From: an uncultured Actinomycetota bacterium
GTDB lineage: Bacteria; Actinomycetota; Aquicultoria; JACQXZ01; CAYGBL01
Length of the DNA: 64,000 nt
NCBI GenBank assembly: GCA_964348135.1
Contig: CAYGBL010000001.1
Location: 22-64,021, forward strand
Direction: 5' to 3'
Under the pieces are notes generated by a model that was not told the origin of the DNA, ran no database searches, and was given only the letters and a program-made list of their open reading frames with translations. A program made the translations under genes and the position numbers. This document shows, piece after piece, positions 38,404-48,619 of this stretch; position 1 is the first letter of the stretch, and each line of letters begins with the position of its first letter.

Positions 38404-40347
38404 CTAGTTTTGCTGCTCCACTGTGGAATTCTGCTGTATTACGTTGTCGGGGACGGGTTGCTGCTCGTTTGCATTAGAACCGGTTGAAGGAGTCTCTTCT
38501 TGAGCTTGTGGTGTTGGTACTTGTTCACCTGCAGTAACTGCAGGTTGTGGTTGTTCTACTGCTTCACCGGTACCAACTCTAATAACAGCCTTTTTGGGCT
38601 TATAATTGCTGACGATAGTATCTTTATGAATAATGCTTCCCTTCTCATTTACAATTCGTGTCACCGTCACCCTTCTTCCCTCTATGCCTTTTTCTCGTAT
38701 AACTTGCTGATCCTTAGGCAGTGAGGGGTCAGGTTCATATTTACTCTCGAAGGATGTAAATTTGGTGAACGGCGATGTATAAAAACTTACTTTCCGTCCC
38801 ATATCTGTACTATAAATTGTAACGGTCAAGCTGCTTGGAGTTGAAGCTGTCTTTATCAGTAGATGGTACGGAGTATCGTTCTTAAATCTAATGTCATATC
38901 CTCCATAAGAGACAGTAGCATCTCTTCCTGTAGGATAACGGCTTATATAAAAGCTATGGTTGTGACGCTCAACAATTTCATATCCTCCGAAGAATATAGT
39001 GTTAAAAAAAGTAGTTCCAACCTGACAAACTCCTCCCCCATAAGTTGGAACAAGTTCTCCATTTATAATTGTAGGAGCCTCTTTATATCCTTTTGCTGCT
39101 GTGCGGGGACCCATAGCTTCGTTAAAGGAAAATATATCGCCAGGTGCCACAATTTTCCCGTCCAGCGTTCTAGCGAGAAGTCTTATATTATGTACTCTAG
39201 CCGTTGCTTTAGAATCGAAATCCGTCGTAAATGTAGATATGCGCTCTTTGATTCTCATGGAGGTTGCCATTTCAGTAGTCAACTTTGGTTTGACTTTCAT
39301 CATTGGTGTAGCAGTACGGCGATAATGTTTTCTTAGGAGGACTTCCTTAAATTCAGGAAGGAATGATTTGGTATCAATTTGAAAACCGTCACGGCTTGAA
39401 ATCACTTTGACGTTCTCTTCCGAGACGTCAAATGTAGCATCCTTGGGAGAAATGCTTATATTTTTGGTTAATGCCTCCAGGAATTTTTCTGTTGTTTCGG
39501 GATCCAATTCAGCGTGGAGTCGATGCACTACCCTGCTCCCCGCGCCTTTTTCACGGACCTCCTTAAAGGTTATAAGATCCCCAATTTCTTCCGGTTTGAC
39601 AGTCCAAGAATACTTTCTATAACTAAGCACAGCTGGTGCAGAGAGCATTATTAAGGCTTCCTCAAATGCAGATTTAGCCTCTTCAGTTGTTAAATGGGGA
39701 GACAGCCTGGCTACTGGCAGTTCTATACTCCGCTCCCCTGGTCTAAATATTTTTCGTGTAATCATGCGGAATAGTAGCTTTTCTTGTATTTCTATGCCGG
39801 AGCGACTGGTAATAAGATACGCCTTACCTCTTTTAATCTTAATGCGAGCATCACTTCTGGATATTTCTGTTTGAGCCTTGACTTTTTGCAGAAAAATCTT
39901 GAGATTTGAAGTATTTAGGGAGTATTGCAAGGTAAGATATTTGGGGGTTTTTCGCAGACGATATCTTGTTGCTAACTGTTTTAATAGATTTCCATTACGG
40001 CCAACCTTAGAAGCCTGCTTGATTGATTCATCTATATCTATTGATGAAACAATCTCTTCTGGTTTTAGCTTCCAGGAACTAGTCTTATAAACTATATTAA
40101 GGGGTTCTTGCAGTTCTTTTGATGCAAATTCTTGCAGTCTTTTTTGTGCCTGGGTACGAGTTAACCCGCCTAAATGAAGACCGGAAACATATACTCCCCC
40201 GTGTATTTTCTGATAATAAGCAAGATAGTCTGTAAAAGTGAAACTTGCTGGAAGCAATAATAGCAGTAAAGCAATAAGAAGAGGAAACCTGAGCCGCGTG
40301 GGTAAATGGTATCTACTTCTTAATTTATATTTTTGTCTAGACCTCAT
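38404..40347 (-). CDS. VanW-family protein (N-terminal TM, PG-binding-like repeats, C-terminal VanW domain)
   Basis: GGGVCQVGTTFFN...YISRYPTGRDATVSYGGYDIRFKNDT VanW signature; Pro/Gln-rich C-terminal tail. Confidence 0.8.
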   Translation of the reverse strand: MRSRQKYKLRSRYHLPTRLRFPLLIALLLLLLPASFTFTDYLAYYQKIHGGVYVSGLHLGGLTRTQAQKRLQEFASKELQEPLNIVYKTSSWKLKPEEIVSSIDIDESIKQASKVGRNGNLLKQLATRYRLRKTPKYLTLQYSLNTSNLKIFLQKVKAQTEISRSDARIKIKRGKAYLITSRSGIEIQEKLLFRMITRKIFRPGERSIELPVARLSPHLTTEEAKSAFEEALIMLSAPAVLSYRKYSWTVKPEEIGDLITFKEVREKGAGSRVVHRLHAELDPETTEKFLEALTKNISISPKDATFDVSEENVKVISSRDGFQIDTKSFLPEFKEVLLRKHYRRTATPMMKVKPKLTTEMATSMRIKERISTFTTDFDSKATARVHNIRLLARTLDGKIVAPGDIFSFNEAMGPRTAAKGYKEAPTIINGELVPTYGGGVCQVGTTFFNTIFFGGYEIVERHNHSFYISRYPTGRDATVSYGGYDIRFKNDTPYHLLIKTASTPSSLTVTIYSTDMGRKVSFYTSPFTKFTSFESKYEPDPSLPKDQQVIREKGIEGRRVTVTRIVNEKGSIIHKDTIVSNYKPKKAVIRVGTGEAVEQPQPAVTAGEQVPTPQAQEETPSTGSNANEQQPVPDNVIQQNSTVEQQN

Positions 40348-40356
40348 TCTACTTCC

Positions 40357-41136
40357 TCAGGAAGTACTCTTTAAGGGCTTGGCAACTTCAAACTTGATCT
40401 TTTTCTTTACTGGAAGGACAGTCACTTGAGTCTGCTCAATTTCTAATGAAATACCTTCAAAGGAGGAAAATGTATCTTTTATTCCCCCCAAGATAGTAAT
40501 GGCCTGTTCAAGAACTTCGGGATTACCTATAGCTTTTATCTCGTAAGGTGGTTTAATTGGAGTGTCATCAATGATTACGTTCTTCCTATTTTCTGCAAAG
40601 GACGTAGAGGCTACTATACGGTTATCATTTATTGATATTGCTTCAGCCCCAGCTGCCCGGAGTTCCTGTATAGTATCAAGGAGGTCATAATTGTTGAGAA
40701 ATCCCTCTTTGTCCTTTATAAGAAATATAATTCCTTGACCTGAAACTGAGGTAAGACCTGATGAAGTCTCCAGATTTTGGAGGTTTTTTGCAGCCTGTGC
40801 CAGAATAGCCTTTTTATCCTCTTCAGTTTGCGAATAACGGTAGAGCTGTACAGTAAGTTCAGTAGCTTGCTGCTGTAAAGAGTCTGTCTCTTGATTCAAA
40901 TCCCTAATAATTTGCCCAAGATCTTCTTCGCTTTGAGCGCGCAGTTGTTTGATTACATTTGCCTGGCTGCGGAATTGAGTAACTAAAAGTATTCCAATTA
41001 TGATAGAAATTAAGGCCACATATATATTTCCCCAAGCTATACTCCTGGTTCTTCTAAGCTGTAAAAACCAAGCAGTGATTTTATGGTAGAAGTTACCAAT
41101 TGTCAATTCTTCTGGTATGGAGAAGACTTTTTTCAT
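40357..41136 (-). CDS. DUF881-domain protein (YlxW/YlxX-like)
   Basis: TM + coiled coil + SGQGIIFLIKD...AGAEAISINDNRIVASTSF...PYEIKAIG. Confidence 0.75.
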   Translation of the reverse strand: MKKVFSIPEELTIGNFYHKITAWFLQLRRTRSIAWGNIYVALISIIIGILLVTQFRSQANVIKQLRAQSEEDLGQIIRDLNQETDSLQQQATELTVQLYRYSQTEEDKKAILAQAAKNLQNLETSSGLTSVSGQGIIFLIKDKEGFLNNYDLLDTIQELRAAGAEAISINDNRIVASTSFAENRKNVIIDDTPIKPPYEIKAIGNPEVLEQAITILGGIKDTFSSFEGISLEIEQTQVTVLPVKKKIKFEVAKPLKSTS

Positions 41137-41146
41137 TTTTAATTGC

Positions 41147-41485
41147 CTAATCTAATTTGGTTTTAAACACATAACGTCTTATTATTCCTAGATTTTGGAA
41201 TATACGAACCCCGAAAGCAACAACTGCCGCTAAATATAACTCCCCAATTCCGAGCCTATCTCCTACATAGACAATAAACGCAGCTAAGATAGTATTGCCA
41301 AAGAATCCGGAGATGAAGAGCTGTTCGCTAAAATTCCTTTCAAGTTTAGCCCTCATACCACCAAAGGCACTATCTAAGGCAGCAAGTACAGCAATTCCCA
41401 AATATCGAACATAAGCTGGTGGAATAGGTATCTTTAAAATTAAACCAAGTGCAATACCTACTAATATTCCGAAAAGTGGCAGCAA
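41147..41485 (-). CDS. Small basic membrane protein (Sbp/DUF1290-like)
   Basis: 112 aa, 3 TM, positioned between two DUF881 genes exactly as sbp in Firmicute ylxW-ylxX-sbp clusters; 1-bp gap to upstream gene. Confidence 0.6.
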   Translation of the reverse strand: MLPLFGILVGIALGLILKIPIPPAYVRYLGIAVLAALDSAFGGMRAKLERNFSEQLFISGFFGNTILAAFIVYVGDRLGIGELYLAAVVAFGVRIFQNLGIIRRYVFKTKLD

Positions 41486-41486
41486 T

Positions 41487-42218
41487 TCATTCTCCTTTGG
41501 ACGGCCGTGCGTATTCTATAATCATGCTTCCCTTGTATGCAGGGATAGTTGTGCTATCAATTTTCTCAACCTTTACTAAAAGGTTATAGTTTTTTGCGTA
41601 TGGTCCAAGTAGACGCTTTGTCTCCTGATCTTTGTTAAGTGACTCGAGAAGCTGCTCATTCTTACCGATCGCTTTAATTTCATATGGAGTGCCCAACCTA
41701 GTGGAGTTTATGAGAATAGTGTTACCTGCACACCGGATGGCAGTATTTGAAACAATCCTCTGATTATTGACCGAAATTGCCTCTGCTCCACCTGACCATA
41801 AAGCATTTACTACAGACCGGATGTCCGTATCGTGGATAATATAATCATTAGGGTTCTTATTAGGAGGCACACTTATACTGTCTTCAAGAGTCACTACTAT
41901 TCCTTGACCTTTAACTGGCACAAGACCAGCTGCCAGTTCCAGACTGCTTAATTTTTGGGTAAAGGTGCTGAGTACACCCTCATCGGCTGCTGCTTTTGTC
42001 TCGTATTCCGAGATTTTTTTGCGCAGATTTTCCAGTTCGCTCTTAAGACCATTTCTCTCTTTTTCAAGATCTTTTATAGTAGCTATAAGCACTTTTTTAC
42101 GTGAATCAGTAGATGAAGCTTTTACTTTCTGCTGGGCATAGAAAGAGGTGGTCAGGAGAATTCCTAATATCATCCATATAAGAAATAGGTAGAGATTCTC
42201 TCTTATCTTAGTTTTCAT
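41487..42218 (-). CDS. DUF881-domain protein (YlxW/YlxX-like)
   Basis: TM + coiled coil + VKGQGIVVTLED...GGAEAISVNNQRIVSNTAIRCAGNTILIN...PYEIKAIG. Confidence 0.75.
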   Translation of the reverse strand: MKTKIRENLYLFLIWMILGILLTTSFYAQQKVKASSTDSRKKVLIATIKDLEKERNGLKSELENLRKKISEYETKAAADEGVLSTFTQKLSSLELAAGLVPVKGQGIVVTLEDSISVPPNKNPNDYIIHDTDIRSVVNALWSGGAEAISVNNQRIVSNTAIRCAGNTILINSTRLGTPYEIKAIGKNEQLLESLNKDQETKRLLGPYAKNYNLLVKVEKIDSTTIPAYKGSMIIEYARPSKGE

Positions 42219-42455
42219 ATAAACGTTCCCAAATTACCAATTAAAATATTATAATCTGCCAATAACACTTAGAAAAAACCCTTGGTTCCTTGCGAGCCGA
42301 GACTTGAACAGCCTTGAAAAGCTCGTTTCAATACCAAAGAGGAAAATAGCCGAACCGCGTTAGCCCGTAGATATTTCCGGGGCGCCTTTGGCTTCTTTCC
42401 CTGAGCAAAATATTTCAATCTATCTCCTTTATAATCTATATTAATACACAATATG

Positions 42456-43298
42456 TTAATTAGTTGCATGTTTGTAATCAAGAACCCAAACTTCTAATTC
42501 CTCAGGTAAATCCTCTTTGGAAATAGTCACCTTGCTTGTACTATGAGCCGTAAAATTTTGAACTACCTCAATTCCTTGAAGGAAACTATCTACTGGAGAA
42601 ATGTTTATTCTGGAAACATCAGTTTTATAATGCATAGGGATTGCTATCTTAGGGTTTATTTGACTTAGAATCTCTCTAGCTTTGTTTCCATCAATAGTAA
42701 AAGTCCCTCCAACTGGGATTAGTAGTACATCAACGCCTTTGAGTTTAGAAATCTGTTCACCGGTTAGCTCATCTTGTCCAAAATCACCCATATGAGCGAA
42801 TCGAATACCTGACAGTTCCCAGATAAAGATGGTGTTAGTTCCTCTTTTTCTTCCTTCTTGCTCATCATGATAGGAGGAGATGCCATCAAACCTAATATTC
42901 TTTGTCTGTTTGCTGCCATTGCCTTTCACAATTTCTGGGTTTCCCTCGACCATACCGATGTTCTTGTGATCATAATGATCATGGCTAATTGTAACTATAT
43001 CAGCCTTAACTGATGAAATCGGATAACCAACGCTTGAATCGTAAGGGTCTGTTACTACTTTAATCTTTCCCTCCTCTTCAATCAGGAAAGAAGAATGTCC
43101 GAGCCAGGTTATAGTTACCTCTCCTTTTCCCTCTTTCTTATCACCAGCACTCTCCATTTCCGTTCCCCTCCTTACCTTGGAACTGTCTTCTTTCAAATCT
43201 TGTGTTTTTTTGCAACCAGCAAAAAGCAGAGCTAATGTTGCACACAGTATGATAGCATACCAGATAATCTTTCTCATAACTTCCTCCCTAAAATGCAT
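42456..43298 (-). CDS. MBL-fold metallo-hydrolase lipoprotein
   Basis: Lipobox LLFAGC; ITWLGHSSFLIEEEGKIKVVTDPY and HDHYDH metal-binding motifs. Confidence 0.75.
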   Translation of the reverse strand: MHFREEVMRKIIWYAIILCATLALLFAGCKKTQDLKEDSSKVRRGTEMESAGDKKEGKGEVTITWLGHSSFLIEEEGKIKVVTDPYDSSVGYPISSVKADIVTISHDHYDHKNIGMVEGNPEIVKGNGSKQTKNIRFDGISSYHDEQEGRKRGTNTIFIWELSGIRFAHMGDFGQDELTGEQISKLKGVDVLLIPVGGTFTIDGNKAREILSQINPKIAIPMHYKTDVSRINISPVDSFLQGIEVVQNFTAHSTSKVTISKEDLPEELEVWVLDYKHATN

Positions 43299-43391
43299 CT
43301 CGTTTTACGCTTTGGCAAGTACAGTTCTTCTAAGTGGATTATATAACGTTCACTAATTAATCATAACTTCGGACCTTTGCAAATAGTTGTG

Positions 43392-43925
43392 TTAGGTCAG
43401 GGTTTTAGTCTTACTAACTTTGCTTAACTTTTTCATTTTACTATTCCCTTTATTAACATAATCCAAGCCTGATATAAGTGAAAGAGCTATGCCCGGATAG
43501 AGAAACCAATAGGCCAATTTGAATCTCAGGATGAAGAGAGCCATTGATATTGATAGAAAAGTGCTGGAAGTTTTACCTACCAGAGTAATTTCTGGTGGTG
43601 AGATATTTCTATACCGTAGCAACACATACCCAAGAATCATAACAAGGTCACGGATACCGATTACCAGAAGCACCCATAGAGGAAGTATTTTTACCAAAAC
43701 CAGGGTTATAGTAACAGCAGCAACCAGTAGACGGTCGGCTAGAGGATCAAGTCTTTTTCCTAGCTCAGTGACTTTTCCCGTACGTCGTGCAATAATCCCG
43801 TCAAAAGCATCGGTAAGTGCGGCCAAAGTGAATATTATAAAGGCAGTGGTGAAATATTTTGAGTAAATTAAGATAACAAAGAGAGGGATAAGACAAAGTC
43901 TAAAAATAGTTAGTAAATTGGCCAT
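43392..43925 (-). CDS. CDP-alcohol phosphatidyltransferase (PgsA-like)
   Basis: DAFDGIIARRTGKVTELGKRLDPLADRLL = D-G-x2-A-R-x8-G-x3-D-x3-D signature; 4-5 TM. Confidence 0.8.
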   Translation of the reverse strand: MANLLTIFRLCLIPLFVILIYSKYFTTAFIIFTLAALTDAFDGIIARRTGKVTELGKRLDPLADRLLVAAVTITLVLVKILPLWVLLVIGIRDLVMILGYVLLRYRNISPPEITLVGKTSSTFLSISMALFILRFKLAYWFLYPGIALSLISGLDYVNKGNSKMKKLSKVSKTKTLT

Positions 43926-43942
43926 GTATCAAAACGGTTCAA

Positions 43943-45334
43943 TTAGAATATTTTCTTTAATATCCTACCGCCAAGCCTCCGGCTTGCTTTCAGTCCTTCG
44001 GCTGCCAGGGTCTTTGAAAATCCTCGCTGACATAGTGCAGCCAGAGATTGAACCACGTAATCAAGTTGCTCTCTGGTAACTAATAAAGGAGGCTGCAGCC
44101 TGATAACGTTAGGATTATTGAGCGTATAGGCTGTAATAATTTTGAATTCATTTTTAAGGTCACTTGCAACAAGCGAGGCATGGTATTCTTCAAGTAGAGA
44201 TTTTAACTTTTCGGGAAGAAATTGAGGTTGGATAAACTCGACTCCTATCATTAGACCTTTACCTCTGACTTCTCTCACTAAACCTTTGGTCCCTTCCATA
44301 TTTTTCAATTTGAATAGAAATTCATCACCTTTGCTTTTGGTTTCAAAGATTATTTTGCCTCCATCGCGGCAAAGGATATTTATGGTGGCAAGGGCTGCTG
44401 CACAAGCTCTAGCACTGCCTCCGAATGTCGAGGTGTGCAAGAGGCATTTATCAAGTCCTCCATAGGCCTTTTTCCATACTGAATCGGTCATTACCACAGC
44501 CCCTATTGGAATCAGTGCTCCGCTCAAAGCTTTAGCCAGACAGAGAATATCGGGTTCTACTCCTTCGTGTTCACAGGCAAACATTGCACCCGTCCGGCCT
44601 AAGCCTGTCTGTACTTCATCAAGGATAAGAAGTGCCTCATATTTTCTGCAGATTTTCTCAACCTCTTTTAAGTAACCCGGAGGAGGTACAATAATACCTC
44701 CTTCTCCTTGTATTGGTTCAACTATAAAAGCAGCATATCCGCCCTTTTTAAGTTGGTTTTCAAGTGCTGAAGGATCTCCAAAGGGAATTTCATGAAATCC
44801 GGGAAGCAAGGGCTCAAAGGGAGTTCGATACTTCTCCTTTCCAGTAGCAGATAGAGCACCGAAACTCTTACCATGATAAGAGTTTCGCGTGTAAATTATC
44901 TTACTTTTTTCCGTAGAAGCTCTTGCTACTTTAAGTGCGGCTTCTACTGCTTCAGCTCCGGAATTGCAAAAGAATGTTCTCCGGAGCTTTCCGGGCGTGA
45001 TTTCGCAGAGATTTTTTGCCAGTGCTGCAGTCAAAGGTGATAATGCTGCCTGCAGTATATTGGGTCGGTTGTTTACCTCATCCACTGCTTTGATTATTTC
45101 AGGGTTGTTGTGACCAAGAGATATTGAACCGTAACCTCCTAGGAAGTCAAGGTAGGCCTCTCCTTGAAGATAGACTGTAACACCTTCTGCTCTTTCATAG
45201 ACCTCATCAAGACCGACAAGTTCCAGGGTTAAGTCTAAGTCAGGATTGAAATAGGATTGATACCACTCCTTAACTTTTTCTCTTGATGCTCCCAAAGCTT
45301 CATCCATACTTACCAAATTATTGCTAATCGGCAC
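43943..45334 (-). CDS. Class-III (PLP-dependent) aminotransferase
   Basis: LILDEVQTGLGRTGAMFACEHEGVEPDILCLAKAL with PLP-lysine context; AT-III fold length. Confidence 0.85.
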   Translation of the reverse strand: MPISNNLVSMDEALGASREKVKEWYQSYFNPDLDLTLELVGLDEVYERAEGVTVYLQGEAYLDFLGGYGSISLGHNNPEIIKAVDEVNNRPNILQAALSPLTAALAKNLCEITPGKLRRTFFCNSGAEAVEAALKVARASTEKSKIIYTRNSYHGKSFGALSATGKEKYRTPFEPLLPGFHEIPFGDPSALENQLKKGGYAAFIVEPIQGEGGIIVPPPGYLKEVEKICRKYEALLILDEVQTGLGRTGAMFACEHEGVEPDILCLAKALSGALIPIGAVVMTDSVWKKAYGGLDKCLLHTSTFGGSARACAAALATINILCRDGGKIIFETKSKGDEFLFKLKNMEGTKGLVREVRGKGLMIGVEFIQPQFLPEKLKSLLEEYHASLVASDLKNEFKIITAYTLNNPNVIRLQPPLLVTREQLDYVVQSLAALCQRGFSKTLAAEGLKASRRLGGRILKKIF

Positions 45335-45380
45335 TGCTCTTTTCTCCTTTTCTAGCTTTTATCACAGAACCAAAGTTAAA

Positions 45381-45525
45381 TATAGTAACCAACAAGCCTG
45401 CCCTGAGCAAAGTCGAAGGGCTTGAACCATAGGTTATATAGTTATCGATTTGCGAAGTGTATCCTGAGCATATTCAAAGGACTGACTCGAACAATAAAAA
45501 TATCTATTCTCGGTTGTCCTTTTGA
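45381..45525. repeat. Intergenic dispersed repeat copy B (tandem of two ~62-bp units)
   Basis: ~85% identical to 12006..12160; located between aminotransferase start and CorA stop. Confidence 0.8.
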
Positions 45526-45545
45526 GTCCCGTGTCCTGTACAAAA

Positions 45546-46514
45546 CTACCACCATTTGACCTTTTTAAAATAGACTATTATCGAGAAAGCGATGATAACC
45601 ATAAGTAATAATACGGCATAATAGCCATATCTCCAAGTCAATTCTGGCATATTGCGAAAATTCATTTCGTATATGCCCGAAATAAGGGTTAACGGCATAA
45701 AAACGAAGGCAACGATGGTAAGCTTTTTCATTACCTCGTTTAAACGGTTTGAGATGGTGCTCAGGTATATATCCATAGCTCCACTGATTACGTCCCTGTC
45801 TGTGTCTATCAGGTCAATTATCCTTATTAAATGGTCGTGAATGTCCGCGAAATAGATTTGAACATGTTCGCGTATAAATGAGGAATTGTAATGAGTTAGA
45901 GATACTATGATTTCTCTTTCTGGTGAAATTATCTTTCTCAGGTGAAGTAGCTGATGTTTGTGGGTAAAGAGGCTTCTTAAATGATCCGGCAGAGGATTTT
46001 CGAATATTTCGTCCTCTAGAAGATCAATTTTGTTGCTAATAATATCAAGCAAGGGAAAATAACCGTCTACAAGAGTATCAAGGATTGTATGCAGAATCCA
46101 ATCTATTCCCTTCTTTAATAGGCCAGGGTCCTTTAAAGAGCGTTGATATACCTTATCTAATAAAAGTATTTTCTCGTTGTGAATCGAGACCAGGTAATTT
46201 GTACCTACAAAGAAGTCAACCTCCGCAGTTGTTGCTTCTTCGGACTCAAACTCCTCAATAAATGCATGCCAGATAAGAAAAACATAATCTTCATAATTGT
46301 CAATTTTTGGGAGATTGAATTTGGTTCTAGAATCTTCTAAAGCTAGGGGGTGAAAGTGAAAGGTTTCTTTCAGGAATTGAAAGTCAGTATCTCCGGGGTT
46401 TTCGAAATCAAGCCATACTATTGAATCGCGTTCCCGCAATCTTTCAGGTACTGAGTGTAGGTCAGCTTCTTCAGACAAACCTCTATCTAAGCTATAGGTT
46501 AATATTTTAACCAT
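45546..46514 (-). CDS. corA: CorA-family divalent cation transporter with variant EMN motif
   Basis: Cytoplasmic N-domain + 2 C-terminal TM helices; signature loop reads GIYEMNF (canonical YGMNF). Confidence 0.75.
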   Translation of the reverse strand: MVKILTYSLDRGLSEEADLHSVPERLRERDSIVWLDFENPGDTDFQFLKETFHFHPLALEDSRTKFNLPKIDNYEDYVFLIWHAFIEEFESEEATTAEVDFFVGTNYLVSIHNEKILLLDKVYQRSLKDPGLLKKGIDWILHTILDTLVDGYFPLLDIISNKIDLLEDEIFENPLPDHLRSLFTHKHQLLHLRKIISPEREIIVSLTHYNSSFIREHVQIYFADIHDHLIRIIDLIDTDRDVISGAMDIYLSTISNRLNEVMKKLTIVAFVFMPLTLISGIYEMNFRNMPELTWRYGYYAVLLLMVIIAFSIIVYFKKVKWW

Positions 46515-46520
46515 AACTGT

Positions 46521-48107
46521 TTATCCCAGGCTTCCTCGCAGTTTTCCTAATCTTATCATACAAGACTTTAATAGAGCAGTGTCTTCAGCAATAAGAGTCT
46601 TTCCTTGCACCATCTGACGTACTAAAGGTTCAACAATTTCCAAAAGGGTCTGGTAAGCTTTGTCCCCTGAATCCAGTAAGTTTAGTGATAAAAATTCTTC
46701 AGCTAGAGAAATCTGTTTTTTTAGATCTTCAACCAGGTCTTCTGGCAAGAATTTTTTTGCAACGTCAAGATAAAGAAACTTACAAGCTTGTGTAAGGTCG
46801 GTTTTTAATGCAGGGTAAAATTCAAGTAGTCTAATTACTGCCTCTTTGCCAAATATTCTACTAATATCTGCTAAACCATCACCAATTCCTAAAAACTCTG
46901 GAGGCAACCCTATTGAATAAAGAGAACCAGTATAGGTAATGACTCGAGGTAGTCTAGTAGGACTTCCCAATTTAATACTTTCTATCTCGCTCTTCAAAGA
47001 ATCGACAGTGGTAAATGATGCTAATTCCTGAGGGACTATTGGAAGCCTGCTATACCCATAAGGTCCCTTATGAGTAAGTCTGTCGCGTTGCTGTGGAATA
47101 ATATTGCTCAGGTTATTTATCAGGTCGAGTATACGGTTGAAGGTTCTTAGATAGTTTTTACTTGATATAGTCATACAGTTCAAAAGAAATTCCTCTTCTT
47201 CTTTTTGGAACGAAAGGGCAGGTATAGATGGTAACCTCTGCTTAAGTTGGTTAACAAGCTCTTTTGTATCAGAAGGATCGTGATCATAGCGCAGACCCGA
47301 CTGGATGGTTATGGTTCTAGCGCCGCCATATTCCCTGAGTACATTATCAAGGTTATCTAAAGTTATATGTCCTCTGAAGGGCAACGCTCCTCCTCCAAGA
47401 ATGGGCGCAACCACCATATTCAGCTTTTCTCCTAACTTGTAGGCACGAAAAATCATTAGTTTAATTGATAGCATGGCTGCAACCAGACCATAGGAAAGGG
47501 CTGTATCTGAACGTCCGATCATAAAGCGCAGCCTATTATTAATGAAGCCGCTTTGCTTACACAGATCATAATATTCTTCATAAAAAAGGTGGAAAGTCAA
47601 CATGCGTGGGACCGATTCGACCAGAGGTATAACCTGGAGCGCGTTCGGGTTCTTTTCCAGTCCAAATTCTTTATGCGCAAGCTCAATGACGTCTGCAATC
47701 CTGCGCCTCAGGTTGAGAATCGGTTTTGCCCCCTTTACCATAGGAAGAATTACCTCTCGTATACCTCCCTCGGCACCGCTTTTGGCTATGTCATAGTCTG
47801 CTTCGATTATAGACATTAAAGCCATAAGTTGCCGGAATACGGTTTCCTCTGTTGCGCTCGATATACGAGGTGTAATCCACACGTCGTTTCCAGGAATAAG
47901 ATCCTTTTCCATAAGCTTGTGGGCAATATCTGCTGTCTGATGGTAAGGGGTCATTTTACCCTCATAATCTACCATCAGCTCATCAATTCCCAGGCCCTGT
48001 GGTTGAGGAGTAAGTGCTTCGATTGCTTCATGCGGTTCTTCCTGGATAGGAACGTATCGGCTTGCACTATCGGGATGTTGCGTTGCCATCGATGTAGGAA
48101 TCTTCAT
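46521..48107 (-). CDS. Archaeal-type phosphoenolpyruvate carboxylase (PepcA family)
   Basis: ~528 aa with N-terminal IPTSMATQHPD motif characteristic of archaeal-type PEPC (bacterial Ppc is ~900 aa). Confidence 0.65.
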   Translation of the reverse strand: MKIPTSMATQHPDSASRYVPIQEEPHEAIEALTPQPQGLGIDELMVDYEGKMTPYHQTADIAHKLMEKDLIPGNDVWITPRISSATEETVFRQLMALMSIIEADYDIAKSGAEGGIREVILPMVKGAKPILNLRRRIADVIELAHKEFGLEKNPNALQVIPLVESVPRMLTFHLFYEEYYDLCKQSGFINNRLRFMIGRSDTALSYGLVAAMLSIKLMIFRAYKLGEKLNMVVAPILGGGALPFRGHITLDNLDNVLREYGGARTITIQSGLRYDHDPSDTKELVNQLKQRLPSIPALSFQKEEEEFLLNCMTISSKNYLRTFNRILDLINNLSNIIPQQRDRLTHKGPYGYSRLPIVPQELASFTTVDSLKSEIESIKLGSPTRLPRVITYTGSLYSIGLPPEFLGIGDGLADISRIFGKEAVIRLLEFYPALKTDLTQACKFLYLDVAKKFLPEDLVEDLKKQISLAEEFLSLNLLDSGDKAYQTLLEIVEPLVRQMVQGKTLIAEDTALLKSCMIRLGKLRGSLG

Positions 48108-48113
48108 TTCTTG

Positions 48114-48398
48114 CTATAGCTTTCTATGAAGTAGCCATTCTCTCTTTTTAGAGGTTTTGTCCCAGCAAATTTCGTACTGACTTCCTTCTTCTGTCTCTAC
48201 CTGATAATAAACAACATGGCTCTTTTCCCACCAGTGAGGCCTCTGCGGGGCCACCATTCCTGAGCTTTGGCCTTTCCACTTGGCGATTATTCGCGATATA
48301 CGAAATTGTTTATTCCTCCATTTAAAGGCAGAAGGTACTTTGTTACCTGATTGTTCCTCGTATTCTACATCTATTTTTTGCGATATCAGTCTAGCCAA
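48114..48398 (-). CDS. Hypothetical protein (94 aa)
   Basis: ORF, 6 bp downstream of PEPC start region; no family assigned. Confidence 0.35.
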   Translation of the reverse strand: MARLISQKIDVEYEEQSGNKVPSAFKWRNKQFRISRIIAKWKGQSSGMVAPQRPHWWEKSHVVYYQVETEEGSQYEICWDKTSKKREWLLHRKL

Positions 48399-48619
48399 GT
48401 TCTACTCCTTTTAGTATTAAGTTAATAAGTATACATAAGCGTATTCTCTCAAGAAAAAGCAGTTCCAAAGATGTACGCAGGTTTTTGTAAATCCCCTCAG
48501 TACTTTTATGACAATAATTGGCAACATGTACAAATTCCACTTCTTGAAACCTTCAAATCCTTTATCACCGCTTTCAAATTTTTTGTCATATTAATAATTT
48601 TATCATCGGCAGCCCCATT

